Both the position numbers and the translations under genes were made by a program. DNA of 64,000 nucleotides, from positions 379,664-443,663 of the forward strand of contig CAVXUO010000004.1 of assembly GCA_963764915.1 (NCBI GenBank), in the 5' to 3' direction. The first letter of the stretch is position 1; the number at the start of each line of letters is the position of its first letter. Below, in pieces: positions 35,630-45,534 of this stretch. The DNA is from an uncultured Solirubrobacterales bacterium (GTDB lineage: Bacteria; Actinomycetota; Thermoleophilia; Solirubrobacterales; Solirubrobacteraceae). The notes under the pieces are model-generated. The model searched no databases, had not been told where the DNA came from, and worked only from the letters and a program-made list of their open reading frames with translations.

Positions 35630-36667
35630 CTACGCGGCGGCCAGCTCCGCCACCAAGCGCAGCTGCGTGAGGCGCTCCTCGGCGGTGAACGCAAGCGGGG
35701 TGATCCCGAGCGTGCCGACGCCCGCGTCGCGGAAGATCGCGAGGCGCTCGCGCACCACGTCGGGAGGGCCGCAGAGCGAGACGGCGTCGATCAGCTTGTC
35801 GGGGATCGCCGCCATCGCCTCCCCGCGCTTGCCTTCGAGGTAGAGGTCCTGAATCGTTTTGGCCTCCGCCTCGAAGCCGTAGCGCTGGACGAGGTTGTTG
35901 TAGAAGTTTTGCTTGCGCGAGCCCATCCCGCCGACGTACAGTGCGATGAACGGCCGCGTCGCGTTGCGCGCCGCCTCCAGGTCGTCGGTGACGAACGCGT
36001 TGACGGTCGGTGCGATGTCGAAGCCATCGAGCGTGCGCCCCGCGCGCGCAGCGCCCTCCTCCAGCAGCGGGCGCAGCTCGGAGACGTGCTCGGGGGAGAA
36101 CAGCGTGGGGATCCAGCCGTCGGCGATCTCGCCCGCGAGCGCCGTGTTCTTCGGGCCGATCGCCGCGAGGTAGATCGGCATGCGCTCTTGCACGGGGCCG
36201 ATCGTCAGCTTCAGCGCCTTGCCTGGGCCGTCGGGGAGCGGCAGCTCGAGTGTCTCGCCGTGGAACTCCACGCGCTCGCGCGCCAACGCCATCCGCACCA
36301 CCGCCACGTACTCGCGCGTGCGCTGCAGTTGTTTGGCGAAACGCTGCCCATGCCAGCCCTCCGCGACCTGCGGACCGGAGGAGCCGATCCCAAGGATCAT
36401 GCGCCCGCCGGAGAGCTGGTCGATCGTGGCGGCGGTCATCGCGGTCATCGCCGCCGAGCGCGCCGGCATCTGGAAGATCCCCGCGCCGAGACGGATCTTC
36501 GAGGTCTGTCCCGCCAGCCACGCCAGCACGGTGGCGGTGTCGGAGCCGTACGCCTCCGCCGCCCACACCGAGTCGTACCCGAGCCGCTCCGCCTCCTGCA
36601 CGATGCGCAGCTGGTCCTCCGAGGTGAGGCCGAGGCCCCAGTAGCCGATGTGAACGCCGAGCTTCAT
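35630..36667 (-). CDS. LLM class F420-dependent oxidoreductase
   Basis: 'GYDSVWAAEAYGSD', 'LSGGRMILGIGSSGPQVAEGWHG', 'IYLAAIGPKN', 'EIADGW'. Confidence 0.9.
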   Translation of the reverse strand: MKLGVHIGYWGLGLTSEDQLRIVQEAERLGYDSVWAAEAYGSDTATVLAWLAGQTSKIRLGAGIFQMPARSAAMTAMTAATIDQLSGGRMILGIGSSGPQVAEGWHGQRFAKQLQRTREYVAVVRMALARERVEFHGETLELPLPDGPGKALKLTIGPVQERMPIYLAAIGPKNTALAGEIADGWIPTLFSPEHVSELRPLLEEGAARAGRTLDGFDIAPTVNAFVTDDLEAARNATRPFIALYVGGMGSRKQNFYNNLVQRYGFEAEAKTIQDLYLEGKRGEAMAAIPDKLIDAVSLCGPPDVVRERLAIFRDAGVGTLGITPLAFTAEERLTQLRLVAELAAA

Positions 36668-36769
36668 GCGCAAGTTTCCTTTCAGGGGAAGGGGATTCGT
36701 TGCCATGCGCGACCCCGTGCCTTACGCTGGACGCGCCGCCGGCAGGTGGGCAGCTGGCGCTAACAGCCT

Positions 36770-37270
36770 ATGTCAATCCGCTCTCATCGCAACACCCGCA
36801 CGATCCGCGAGCTGCGCCTCGCGATCGAGTGTCTGCCCGTGGGCACCCGCGAAGCGATGCTGGACGGGGTGCTCGGCAGTCCCCGCATCATCGTCGGCGC
36901 CTACACCGACGGCGAGGGTGGAGTGTGTCCGATGCTCGCCGCCCACCGCCGCGGCGGGCGCACCAACTTCCTCTCCTTCGCGCGCTCCTGGGACCGCTTC
37001 ACGTACGCGCGACGCCGGCGCCCCGCCACCCCGCACGAGCTCTCCACGCTCGTCGCGCTGCTGCGCGGCAGCCTGCTCGACGAGGAGCGCGTCGATCTCG
37101 CGCAGGCGATCGACGAGCACGCCGCGCTGCGCGCCAGTCGTGAGCGCGCCGAGCGGGAGCGAGCCCGCGCGGAGGCGATGCTCGCGTTGGAGCCGGGTGG
37201 CGAAATCACCGCGCGGCGTCTGCGCGCCCCGCGCTGGTTGGGTCGCCGCCGCCTGCGGGTGCCCGCCTGA
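36770..37270 (+). CDS. Hypothetical protein
   Basis: 166-aa ORF with high GC3 and non-repetitive core 'IIVGAYTDGEGGVCPMLAAHRRGGRT..FARSWDRF'. Confidence 0.65.
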   Translation: MSIRSHRNTRTIRELRLAIECLPVGTREAMLDGVLGSPRIIVGAYTDGEGGVCPMLAAHRRGGRTNFLSFARSWDRFTYARRRRPATPHELSTLVALLRGSLLDEERVDLAQAIDEHAALRASRERAERERARAEAMLALEPGGEITARRLRAPRWLGRRRLRVPA

Positions 37271-37339
37271 AGCCAAGCCTGGGCGGCTATATGCTCGGCC
37301 GCCCGGCTCAGTGCGATGGGGTCTGGGGCGGCCTGGGCT

Positions 37340-38062
37340 CTACAGTGCGTCGCCCGGGCGCACGAACATCATCTCGGGCACCACGCACGCGGGGGAGACC
37401 CGCAGCAGGTAGCGCACCGCCTCGGCGATGTCCTCAGAGCGGATCATCTCCTCGGGCTTGACCTGACCCTTGATGAAGTCGGTCATCGGGGTGTCGACGA
37501 ATGCGGGGCACAGCGCGGTCGACTTGATCCCGTCGGCTCCCAGCTCCTTGTTCATCGCTTCGGTCCAGCCGACCACGCCGTGCTTGGAGGCCGAGTACAC
37601 CGACAGCCACGCCTCCGCACGCTTGCCGGAGATCGAGGAGGTGTTGACCACGAGCGCATTGCGGTGCTCGGCGCCCGCCGCCCGCAGCAGCTCCACGCAT
37701 TCGCGATAGAAGATCACGATCGAGCGCAGGTTGATGTCGAGCTGCATGTCCAGGCGCTTGGTTTGGATCTCCGCGAGCGGAGCGCCGATCCCCACCCCCG
37801 CGTTGTTGACCAGCACGTCCAGCCGCTCATACCGCTCCCGGTGAGCCGCCACCACCTTCTGGATCTCCTCCTCTTGGGAGACATTCGCCGGCACCCCGTG
37901 CACGTCGAAGCCGGCCCCGGACAGCTCCGCCACCGCGCCCTCGAGCTTCTCCGCGCGACGTGCCGCCATCGTGACCCCATAGCCCTCCTCGCCCAGCACT
38001 CGCGCGATCGCCAGTCCGATCCCGCTTGAAGCCCCTGTAACGATCGCCGCTCGTTTCGCCAT
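37340..38062 (-). CDS. SDR family oxidoreductase
   Basis: 'TGASSGIG', 'LVNNAG', 'YSASK' catalytic YxxxK. Confidence 0.92.
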   Translation of the reverse strand: MAKRAAIVTGASSGIGLAIARVLGEEGYGVTMAARRAEKLEGAVAELSGAGFDVHGVPANVSQEEEIQKVVAAHRERYERLDVLVNNAGVGIGAPLAEIQTKRLDMQLDINLRSIVIFYRECVELLRAAGAEHRNALVVNTSSISGKRAEAWLSVYSASKHGVVGWTEAMNKELGADGIKSTALCPAFVDTPMTDFIKGQVKPEEMIRSEDIAEAVRYLLRVSPACVVPEMMFVRPGDAL

Positions 38063-38237
38063 CTCTCTATGCCTTCCCTCGTGGTTGTCGATGGATGGAA
38101 TACAACCATTCGAGGGAGCCGGCCGCGTCCTGCGGATTGTCAGGCGGTCTCAGATGGGGCCCGCACAGCCTCGGCACTGGTGGCTGTGCCGAGGCGCGTT
38201 GGGAATGGCCGGCTCTGGCATTGCCATCTCCGCTGGG

Positions 38238-38609
38238 CTATTGCCGGACCGGCAGCTGCTGGAGCGCCCAGCGGTTGGCGTCGGGGTCTTCGAAGAACAC
38301 GAACGAGCCCCACGGAAACTCGGTGACCTCACTTACCTGCACTCCGCGTGCCGCGAGCTCGGCGCGGGCGGCGTGAGCGTCGGCGACGGTGAGCTGCAAA
38401 CCGCGCACAGGGCCCGCCTCGGAGTCGATGATCCCGGTTCCGAGAGCGATCGAGCACGCCGAGCCGGGGGGCGTGAGTTGCACGAAGCGAATCTCAGCGC
38501 TCACCGCGTGGTCGTGTTCGGCAATGAAGCCAACCTGATCGGTGTAGAACGCCTTCGCACGGTCCACGTCGGTCACGGGGATCGCCACGAGCTCGAGCTT
38601 GAAGTCCAT
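38238..38609 (-). CDS. VOC (glyoxalase/bleomycin resistance) family protein
   Basis: 'IPVTDVDRAKAFY', 'FVQLTPPGS', 'FFEDPDANRW'. Confidence 0.9.
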   Translation of the reverse strand: MDFKLELVAIPVTDVDRAKAFYTDQVGFIAEHDHAVSAEIRFVQLTPPGSACSIALGTGIIDSEAGPVRGLQLTVADAHAARAELAARGVQVSEVTEFPWGSFVFFEDPDANRWALQQLPVRQ

Positions 38610-38709
38610 GCCGGTCTGCCTTTCGATTCGGCGGTATTGGTAGTGATGTCGCCAGGCTACGGCCAATTGCGGTCAGATCCTGTCCGCATATTGTGGGAGC
38701 CTTCCAGGC

Positions 38710-39706
38710 GTGCTCGAGACCTCGGCAAGGCTCCTGAAGCTCCTCTCGCTTCTGCAGTCGCGGGCCGACTGGACCGGCCCCGAGCTCGCTGAGCGACTCG
38801 AGGTCGGCGTTCGCACGGTGCGCCGCGACGTCGAGCGGCTGCGGACACTCGGCTACCCCGTCCACGCCGCGCCAGGCGTCGCGGGGGGCCTATCGCCTCG
38901 GCGCCGGCGCGTCGCTGCCGCCGCTGCTCCTCGACGAGGAAGAGGCCGTCGCCGTAGCGGTGGCGCTTCGCACCGCCGCGAGCGCAACCGTCACCGGCAT
39001 CGAGGAAACCGCGCTACGCGCACTAACCAAGCTCGAGGGAGTGCTCCCCTCACCGTTGCGTCATCGTGTCGCCGCGCTCGGCGCGGCGATGGTGCCCTAC
39101 CCGAGCTTCGGGGCGCTCGTCGATCCCGGACTCCTCGCGCTGCTCGCGGGCGCGATCCGTGACCGAGAACGGCTGCGCCTGCGCTACCGCGATCACGCGG
39201 GCGTGCCGACGCGGCGCCTCGTCGAGCCTTACCGCCTCGTCCACACGGGACGTCGCTGGTATCTCGTCGCGTGGGATCAGGGTCGTGAGGATTGGCGTAC
39301 GTTCCGCGTGGACCGTGTCGAGCCCGATCCTGCGAACGCCGGCCGTTATACCGCCCGCGAACCCCCCGCTGTGGACATCGCGGCTTATGTCGCACGCGGG
39401 GTCAGCGCGGCTCGCGAGCACCACCAGGCACGTGTGCTCCTGCGTGCGCCGCTCGCCGAGGTCGCATCGCGAGTCCCCCCGGCCAGTGGCACGCTCGAGG
39501 GCGTTGACGAGCACACCTGCCTGTTGCATACCGGCGGCGACTGGCTCGGCGGCCTTGCGATTTACATCGCTGCGATCGGTGTCGACTTCGAGGTCCTCGA
39601 CCCACCTGAGCTGGATGCCGAGATCCGCCGCCTCGCAGAGCGCTTCACACGGGCGACCGAAGGGTCGCGCTCTCGTGCGCCCAGACCTGGCCAGGGAAGG
39701 CCTTAG
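38710..39706 (+). pseudogene. YafY-type HTH-WYL transcriptional regulator with +1 frameshift near 38890
   Basis: 'ARLLKLLSLLQ..LAERLEV..RTVRRDVERLR.LGYPV' then shifted 'YRLG', 'VEPYRLV...WYLVAWD...WRTFRVDR'; shift follows a G6 run. Confidence 0.85.
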
Positions 39707-39990
39707 GCCGCGACCCAGCTCTTGGCATCCTCGAGCTGCTCCGGGCTGTACACCTTGACTTCGCCTGGAGTTACCCAGGCGAACATCTTGTACGCCTTTC
39801 CGATCCACTCTACGTCGGTGACGATTGCTGAGCGCTTCCATGCCGAGTGGTGTCCGATACCGAGCCCGAGCCCCGTCTTGACGTCATCGAACCAGGCCGC
39901 CGGCTCGAGTCCCTCGAACGCGGTCAGTGCGAAGAGCATCCGGATCGCACCAGACTCGGCGGCTCGGCGACCGGTGCTTGCTGGCAGCGG
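39703..39990 (-). pseudogene. STAS/SEC14 (SpoIIAA-like) protein, C-terminal fragment
   Basis: 'IRMLF...AWFDDVKTGL...WKRSAIVTDVEWI...AWVTPGEVKVY...AKSWVAA'; no plausible start, 5' end abuts the lipoprotein gene. Confidence 0.65.
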
Positions 39991-40004
39991 GGCGAGCTGC
40001 TCGC

Positions 40005-40670
40005 TCAGTTCGCCTTCCACACGATCGGGTTTTCCGTGTAGGCATCGGCGCCGTTCCCGGTCCACTCCTCCTGGACGATCGAGCCGTCGCCTCCGACCAT
40101 GTAGATCACACAGGTCTGATAGGTGACGCCGCGCGTGAACCGCTTGGGCTGGGTGACGTTCGGGCACGGCCGGAAGTTGCCGAGCACGGTCAGTTCCTGA
40201 CCCTGCTGTCCGCGGTCGTCGATTGCCTGAAAGCTGGCCGCCGGCTGGTTTTCTTCGGCGGCCGCGTCGCCCGAGCCGATGTTTTGAATTCGCAGCGTGA
40301 CGTAGTAGGGGGTCTTTCCCTGCTCGGACTTTTCGAGTTCCACGCCGTCGAGCTCGGTCTGAGAGCCCCTCTTGATGCCGAGCACGGTCAGCTGGAGACG
40401 ATAGGTCGGCTTTGGCTGCCCACCGGGCTCGTAGTCCACGATGGCCGGGGTGCCAAACGGAAGCTTCGTACCGGCGGTGGTCGTCGCGCCGGCCGAAGAC
40501 GTGGCGCTTGTGGAGGCGCTTGTGCTTGCTGCCTGTGTTGGGGTTGACGTGGAGGATGACGTCGTCGCGGGAGCACCCCCGCTCGAGCTCGTCTTCGATG
40601 AGTTCGACCCGCCACAACCGCAGGCCGCAAGTGCCAGCAAGATGCCGACTGCCAGCCCAATCGCGCGCAT
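40005..40670 (-). CDS. Putative lipoprotein
   Basis: Lipobox-like 'LALAACGCGG', Ser/Thr-rich linker, globular C-terminal domain with a Cys pair. Confidence 0.75.
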   Translation of the reverse strand: MRAIGLAVGILLALAACGCGGSNSSKTSSSGGAPATTSSSTSTPTQAASTSASTSATSSAGATTTAGTKLPFGTPAIVDYEPGGQPKPTYRLQLTVLGIKRGSQTELDGVELEKSEQGKTPYYVTLRIQNIGSGDAAAEENQPAASFQAIDDRGQQGQELTVLGNFRPCPNVTQPKRFTRGVTYQTCVIYMVGGDGSIVQEEWTGNGADAYTENPIVWKAN

Positions 40671-41030
40671 GTGATGTCGCTTTGGTGACGCCGTTACGAG
40701 CGTGAATCCCATCTCTCCCCCGATCTCTCTCTTGCGTGAACATTGCGGTGCGCTGTGCCGCGAGCGAGCCCCTTGACGCCCCGTGCGAGGCGAAGGCTAC
40801 CGCAAGTAGGTCGCGAGTCGGCCGAAAAAAAGCCGATGCGCTCCGTGAAAGCCAGCGTGCTCCCGACAAGTACGTCAGCCACGTTATCGCAGGCGCAATC
40901 AGACGCTCAAGAACCGGAGTGAGCCGCGGGATTTATCCAGATCGCGCCACGCTGATAGGAAGGACCATCGGTTAGGCATTTTCGGCAGCGCTTATGCGGA
41001 GCAATCGAGGAGCAGTAGCTTGGCCCAGCG

Positions 41031-41438
41031 TTAGGGCGTTTTGTTGTAGATCAACTGACACCGCGGTTTGGGTGATGTGAACCGGAATCGCTGTTCGGCG
41101 ATCTCTGTGACCTGCCCGGTGTCGTGGCACCGCGTATAGACTTCTTCGGACGTATAGCCAAGGACGTAGGTGAACGGGCAGTCGATCTGATACGGCGAGT
41201 GTCGCACGCATGCGGATTGCGGTTGGACTTCGTCGCTGCTTGGCCTCGAAGGCCCATAGGTGTGGGGGGAAGATTCTGCTTGCTTTGCAACGTGACGGGC
41301 GCCCGTCACGGTCACGGTCCACGCTTGGTGTGTCGTAAGAGTGCGCCAGTGATGGCCGGGCGTCGCCCGTGCTGCCCCAGGGAGAAGGGGCGCCAAGCAC
41401 AGGACCACCGCCGCCGAGATCGTGGCTCCTCGTCGCAC
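41031..41438 (-). CDS. Small secreted hypothetical protein
   Basis: Signal peptide 'MRRGATISAAVVLCLAPLLPGAARA'; four Cys in mature part. Confidence 0.5.
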   Translation of the reverse strand: MRRGATISAAVVLCLAPLLPGAARATPGHHWRTLTTHQAWTVTVTGARHVAKQAESSPHTYGPSRPSSDEVQPQSACVRHSPYQIDCPFTYVLGYTSEEVYTRCHDTGQVTEIAEQRFRFTSPKPRCQLIYNKTP

Positions 41439-41691
41439 AACGTGGGCGATGATACCCGACCCTGGGAGCCGGAGCGGCCAGGCACGCCTCCGTGGCGCGG
41501 CGCTCGCCGCGACACCTCCGGTTGCCGGGCCCGCCCGCTCGGACGATCCAACTCGGTCGGTAGTGGCTCAGCCTCGGGCATTTGTGTCGGCGTTGAGCGG
41601 CCTGAGCGGAGCTGTCCGGTCCGATTTCCGCCAGACGCTGCTGCGCAGCCCTGTCACACTGCTCCCCATGTTCGCGACCGGTTGGAGCTAT

Positions 41692-42156
41692 TCACTCGGG
41701 CTCCCCGCCGGCCGTACTCGACAACCACTGAGGGGGGGTCCAGTCCCCCTCAAGGTCCGTGGTTTGCCCCACCTCGATCAGATGACCGTCGGGATCGCGG
41801 ATGTAGCAGCGGATCTCGTAGAGGTGCTGCTTTGGCGGCGTCAGGAAATCAGCACCACGGGTGCTCCATTCGGCGTACACGGTCTCGATGTCCTTGACCC
41901 GGATATTGAGGAAACTGCTGACCCGGTTGAGGTCGCGTGGCGTCTCCAGGGTGACCGCGGGCTTGTCGTCGGTCGGGCCTCCTCCCCGATTGATGACGAT
42001 CCAGCTGTTGGCGAGCATGACGTTGGTCGGTTCGCCGGAACGGACCAACGTGCCGCCGAGCACGTCGGTGTAGAAGCGCCGAGAGCGCTCGACGTCGTCC
42101 GAGACGATGAAGTGGGTCAGCACGATTCCCTCTGCCGGCGTTCTGAGCTCGGCCAT
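41692..42156 (-). CDS. VOC family protein
   Basis: 'THFIVSDDVERSRRFYTDVLG', 'FLNIRVKDI', 'CYIRDPDGHLIEVGQ'. Confidence 0.9.
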   Translation of the reverse strand: MAELRTPAEGIVLTHFIVSDDVERSRRFYTDVLGGTLVRSGEPTNVMLANSWIVINRGGGPTDDKPAVTLETPRDLNRVSSFLNIRVKDIETVYAEWSTRGADFLTPPKQHLYEIRCYIRDPDGHLIEVGQTTDLEGDWTPPQWLSSTAGGEPE

Positions 42157-42664
42157 CTGCCACCTCCACTAGTTGGGACTCATACCCCGGTTACGGACGG
42201 GGTCTACCCCCGATACCGCGATGATCGGGGACCCTATCTCGTTCCATGGTACAGCTATAGGCCACCACGTTTGATCCGACGGCCCCGCCCTCATGAAATC
42301 GGATCGGCTCACACACGAGCTTCTCATCCTCCGTGAGTCGTGGTGGCCTCCCTCATGCACTGGCGTGAGGGAACAGGCCCCGCGGCCGAGCTGTCACCCT
42401 GCAAGAAAAGGAGTTTGGCGCTGATCGACACGCCCGGCCGTGGCAAGCCTCCGGCTTTCGCCTTGCGCGGTGGGTGTTGCGTGAAGAGTGCTGTCCGGAG
42501 CGGGCGCCCGCATAGCCCATGGCCGGACGCTCGCTCGCGATGAAGGAGGCGTCTGGACGGGGAGACTGTCCGCTTTCGCGCGGGACCGACTCTCCTGATT
42601 TCGGCGCTTCGGGCGCCCGGTGCCCGCCGATACTGCTACCGAGCCGCGTGCTCGCTTTAGCCGA

Positions 42665-42940
42665 TCAGCCCTTGATCTCGTTGTGAACCCGAGCCACTAT
42701 CGGCTCGTTTATCTCGACGCCAGCCGCCGCGAGGATCGGCAAAAGGGTTACCCCGAATGCGTCGAATGCCTCCTGAGACTCCCAAACGTCGAAGACCTGG
42801 ATCTCGCCATCCGTCTCTAGGGCGACGTGGGAGATACGTCCATCGGGGGCTCCGGCACCCGCTTCCTCGAGCTGGACGAGCGTCGTGTCGTACCGCTCCT
42901 GCGTAAAGCCCTTGGCAGTGATATAGAACCCGAGCATCAT
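42665..42940 (-). CDS. Small dimeric alpha/beta-barrel (ABM-like) protein
   Basis: 'FTQERYD...GRISHVA...VFDVWESQEAFDAF'. Confidence 0.7.
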   Translation of the reverse strand: MMLGFYITAKGFTQERYDTTLVQLEEAGAGAPDGRISHVALETDGEIQVFDVWESQEAFDAFGVTLLPILAAAGVEINEPIVARVHNEIKG

Positions 42941-43341
42941 CCGACCCCCTTCGCGCGGTCTGCGCGGTGGTTTGTCTAGCGATGCAGTTGACTGTACTCC
43001 ACCGCCAGCTGAATCGTGGGCGCGCCTGGCGAGGGCGCAGCCGAGCGCACGAGTGGGCTCGTCAACCCGAGAAATTGCGTAGGCCCGCCCATCGAGCCGT
43101 CTGCAGTGCACGGCCCGGGCATCGCCGTCCTTCATCTCGGCAACAGCTGAACCGTTCGCGCCCTGCTCAAGAACTGGCCGCCCACCAACTAGCGACCGGC
43201 CACCCGCCACGGCGCCCGCCGCCGCGTGGCCACGAAAGCAGGTGTCCCGCTGTGCGCTGCCGACGCAAGCGCTTTGGACGTCCGGAGCGGGACCGTGAGC
43301 GGCGCCGACCGACGCGCCTGGACCCATTCGAAAGCAGTGTC

Positions 43342-43369
43342 TTGACAAAGCCTAGAATCTTGATAGAAT
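43342..43369 (+). promoter_or_regulatory. Near-consensus sigma70 promoter
   Basis: TTGACA-N16-TAGAAT in an AT-rich patch. Confidence 0.65.
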
Positions 43370-43617
43370 TTATGCACAATGTTGGTTCTCCCCTTACATC
43401 CGCCAGCGAGATGGCGCGGTTGGGCAGTGCGCTGTGACCGGCGTCTCCTCGGGGGATGGCGGCGTGCTCGAACGCTGTTGTCGTCCCTGACGTTCTCTCC
43501 TCCTCGCGTCCGGGGAGGTGCGCCCTCGCCCTCCCCGGACGCCCCTAAGAGGCGCCGCTTTCGTAGCGGATGCCCCACCCCATCAAATCACCGCCAAAAT
43601 CCCGAGAAGGAGCTTCG

Positions 43618-43872
43618 ATGCCAAGAATCATCGTCACCACCGACCCATCCCCTTTGCCCGCCGACGCGCCTGTCTGGCTCGATGAGCACGTCCAGCCAGT
43701 GCATTTGAGCACCGACCAAGCGGCGGCCCAGTTCCTCGAGCGGGTCGCCTGGGCGATCAGCGATGCGGAGGATGCCGACGGCGAGCAGGCCAGTCATCGC
43801 GGGCGAGCCGGGCGGCGGCGAGGGAGCAGCTCTGCCACGCGCTCCCGCAGCCGAGTTCGCGTGCGCATCTAG
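43618..43872 (+). CDS. Small hypothetical protein
   Basis: AAGGAG RBS; 'MPRIIVTTD...LDEHVQPVHL...QFLERVAWAISDAE' with Arg/Ser-rich tail. Confidence 0.7.
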   Translation: MPRIIVTTDPSPLPADAPVWLDEHVQPVHLSTDQAAAQFLERVAWAISDAEDADGEQASHRGRAGRRRGSSSATRSRSRVRVRI

Positions 43873-44023
43873 AGCAGCGCGCCAGCCCTACGCCAGCTGA
43901 ACATCGACCCAAACCCGTCGGACCCCCCAGGGGTCCCACCCAAATCGACGCGAAGCATCCAACGACCGACGTACCGGCTTGATAGGAGCGTGGCGCCAAA
44001 CCCGCTGTGGTAGCGTCGCTCCC

Positions 44024-44680
44024 ATGGCGCAGGCAACCGCTGCGGGGGCAGCCGCGAACCCCCTGTCGGGGTTCGTCCTGCACGACCAGGACGAGGCGGA
44101 GGTGCAGCTCGACCGGCTGTGGCGCGACCGCCCCGCGGCGATCGTCTTTCTGAGGCACTATCTGTGCGTGCAGTGCCGCGTCGGAGCCATGGAGCTCGAA
44201 CGCGACCGCGACCTGCTTCCCCCCGACCCCAATGTTTGGCTGATCGGCATGGGCACCGCGGCGCAGGCGCGGGCCTTCAAGCAGCAGACCGGCGTGCGCT
44301 TCCCGGTGCTGCTGTCCGCGGATCTGGGGGCCTACGAGGCGATGAATCTGCCGCGCGGCTCCCTGAGGCAGATCTTTGGGATCGCGGCGCAGCGCGTAGC
44401 GCGGCGTCGCGCGAAGGGCGTCGGCCTCGATCGTCAAGCCGAGGGCGGCAACCGCCCCAAAGCCCGGCCCGAACAGGACTGGCACCAGCTCGGTGGTGCG
44501 TTTGTGTTCGCGCCTGGAGGCCAGCTCGTGTGGAGCCATCGCGCCCGGCACGCCGGTGACGGTCCCGACCATCGCCTGCTTGGTGAGGCGCTGCGGGATG
44601 CCAAGGACCGCGGCGAGTCCGAGTTCCTGCGCAAGACCGGAACGCCCGGCCAGCCGGTCGGCCCTCCGGACGACCGTTGA
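44024..44680 (+). CDS. AhpC/TSA-like (peroxiredoxin-like 2) redoxin
   Basis: 'IVFLRHYLCVQCR' CxxC, 'QLGGAFVF', 'HAGDGP'. Confidence 0.82.
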   Translation: MAQATAAGAAANPLSGFVLHDQDEAEVQLDRLWRDRPAAIVFLRHYLCVQCRVGAMELERDRDLLPPDPNVWLIGMGTAAQARAFKQQTGVRFPVLLSADLGAYEAMNLPRGSLRQIFGIAAQRVARRRAKGVGLDRQAEGGNRPKARPEQDWHQLGGAFVFAPGGQLVWSHRARHAGDGPDHRLLGEALRDAKDRGESEFLRKTGTPGQPVGPPDDR

Positions 44681-44793
44681 GGGCGCGTGCTGCCAAGGGG
44701 CCGGCTCATTCTGCCTGGCGAATTGGTACTCCATTGGCAACCCCGGCCTAGCCTGAGCGTCGCGGAAACTCCGCTCTAAAGGCTTTCCGTCGA

Positions 44794-44813
44794 TACTGCC
44801 AACGGGATTCGAA
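44794..44813 (-). other. Isolated tRNA 3'-end fragment (att-site relic)
   Basis: Minus strand TTCGAAT-CCCGT-TGGCAGT-A = T loop, T stem, acceptor 3' strand and discriminator; no 5' half present; does not match any intact tRNA in window. Confidence 0.55.
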
Positions 44814-44959
44814 ACGGCAGGTCGCGTCCCAGGTGGAGTGGATCCCTTTGGCGGACACTGGCCAGATCATCGACTCCGAGAAACTCGGGTCAGATCACGG
44901 CAACGTTGAACAGTCGGCCACGAAAGACACTCGCGTGGCGGACACCCGCCGAGGTACTC

Positions 44960-45439
44960 ACCGAGTACTTGAACGCCGCAGCCTGACCGCCGCCCTGCAG
45001 CATCCACGCGCCCGAAACTCGCCGAAGCAATGGCATCCCCTTAGGGTGCCAGACGGTCGCGCGCGGCTATCGCCGTTCCGGCCCGCCCTCCGGGCGAGCC
45101 TCCACGACGACAGCCGCACCCCCCAAGCAAACCAGTCGTCACTTGCCCCCTTTAGAGTCACAGGCCAACCGCGTTGCGACGACCGGTTGAGCTCAGGGCA
45201 TCATCCCCGGCTCATGCGCCGCGCGGCCGTGGCCATCCCCACGGTAGGCGCCATAAAACGCCGACAGATCCATCTCATCGACCGTCGCCAACACGAACCA
45301 CGCCAAATGATCCTCCGGCAGCCACTCCTTCAAACTCGGTGGCAACAACAACTCCTGCTCACGATCACAAGCTATGAAGTTCTGGGGCATAACCAAGATC
45401 CTCTTCAACCCGCCGGACAGCACCCTTTACGCAACAGCC
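44960..45439 (-). mobile_element. IS1182-like transposase remnant (N-terminus only)
   Basis: 'MPQNFIACDREQELLLPPSLKEWLPEDHLAWFVLATVDEMDLSAFY...GRAAHEP' from 45390, stop at 45193, degenerate continuation; possible end GGCTGTTGCGTAAA at 45439-45426. Confidence 0.7.
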
Positions 45440-45534
45440 ACGACGAAAAGCAGCAGCGTCGGGCCGTCGCCCGCTGACGACTGCTTCTCTGCGATTGCGA
45501 GCGCGCGACATCTGGAGCGCTGCGGACCGTCGCG

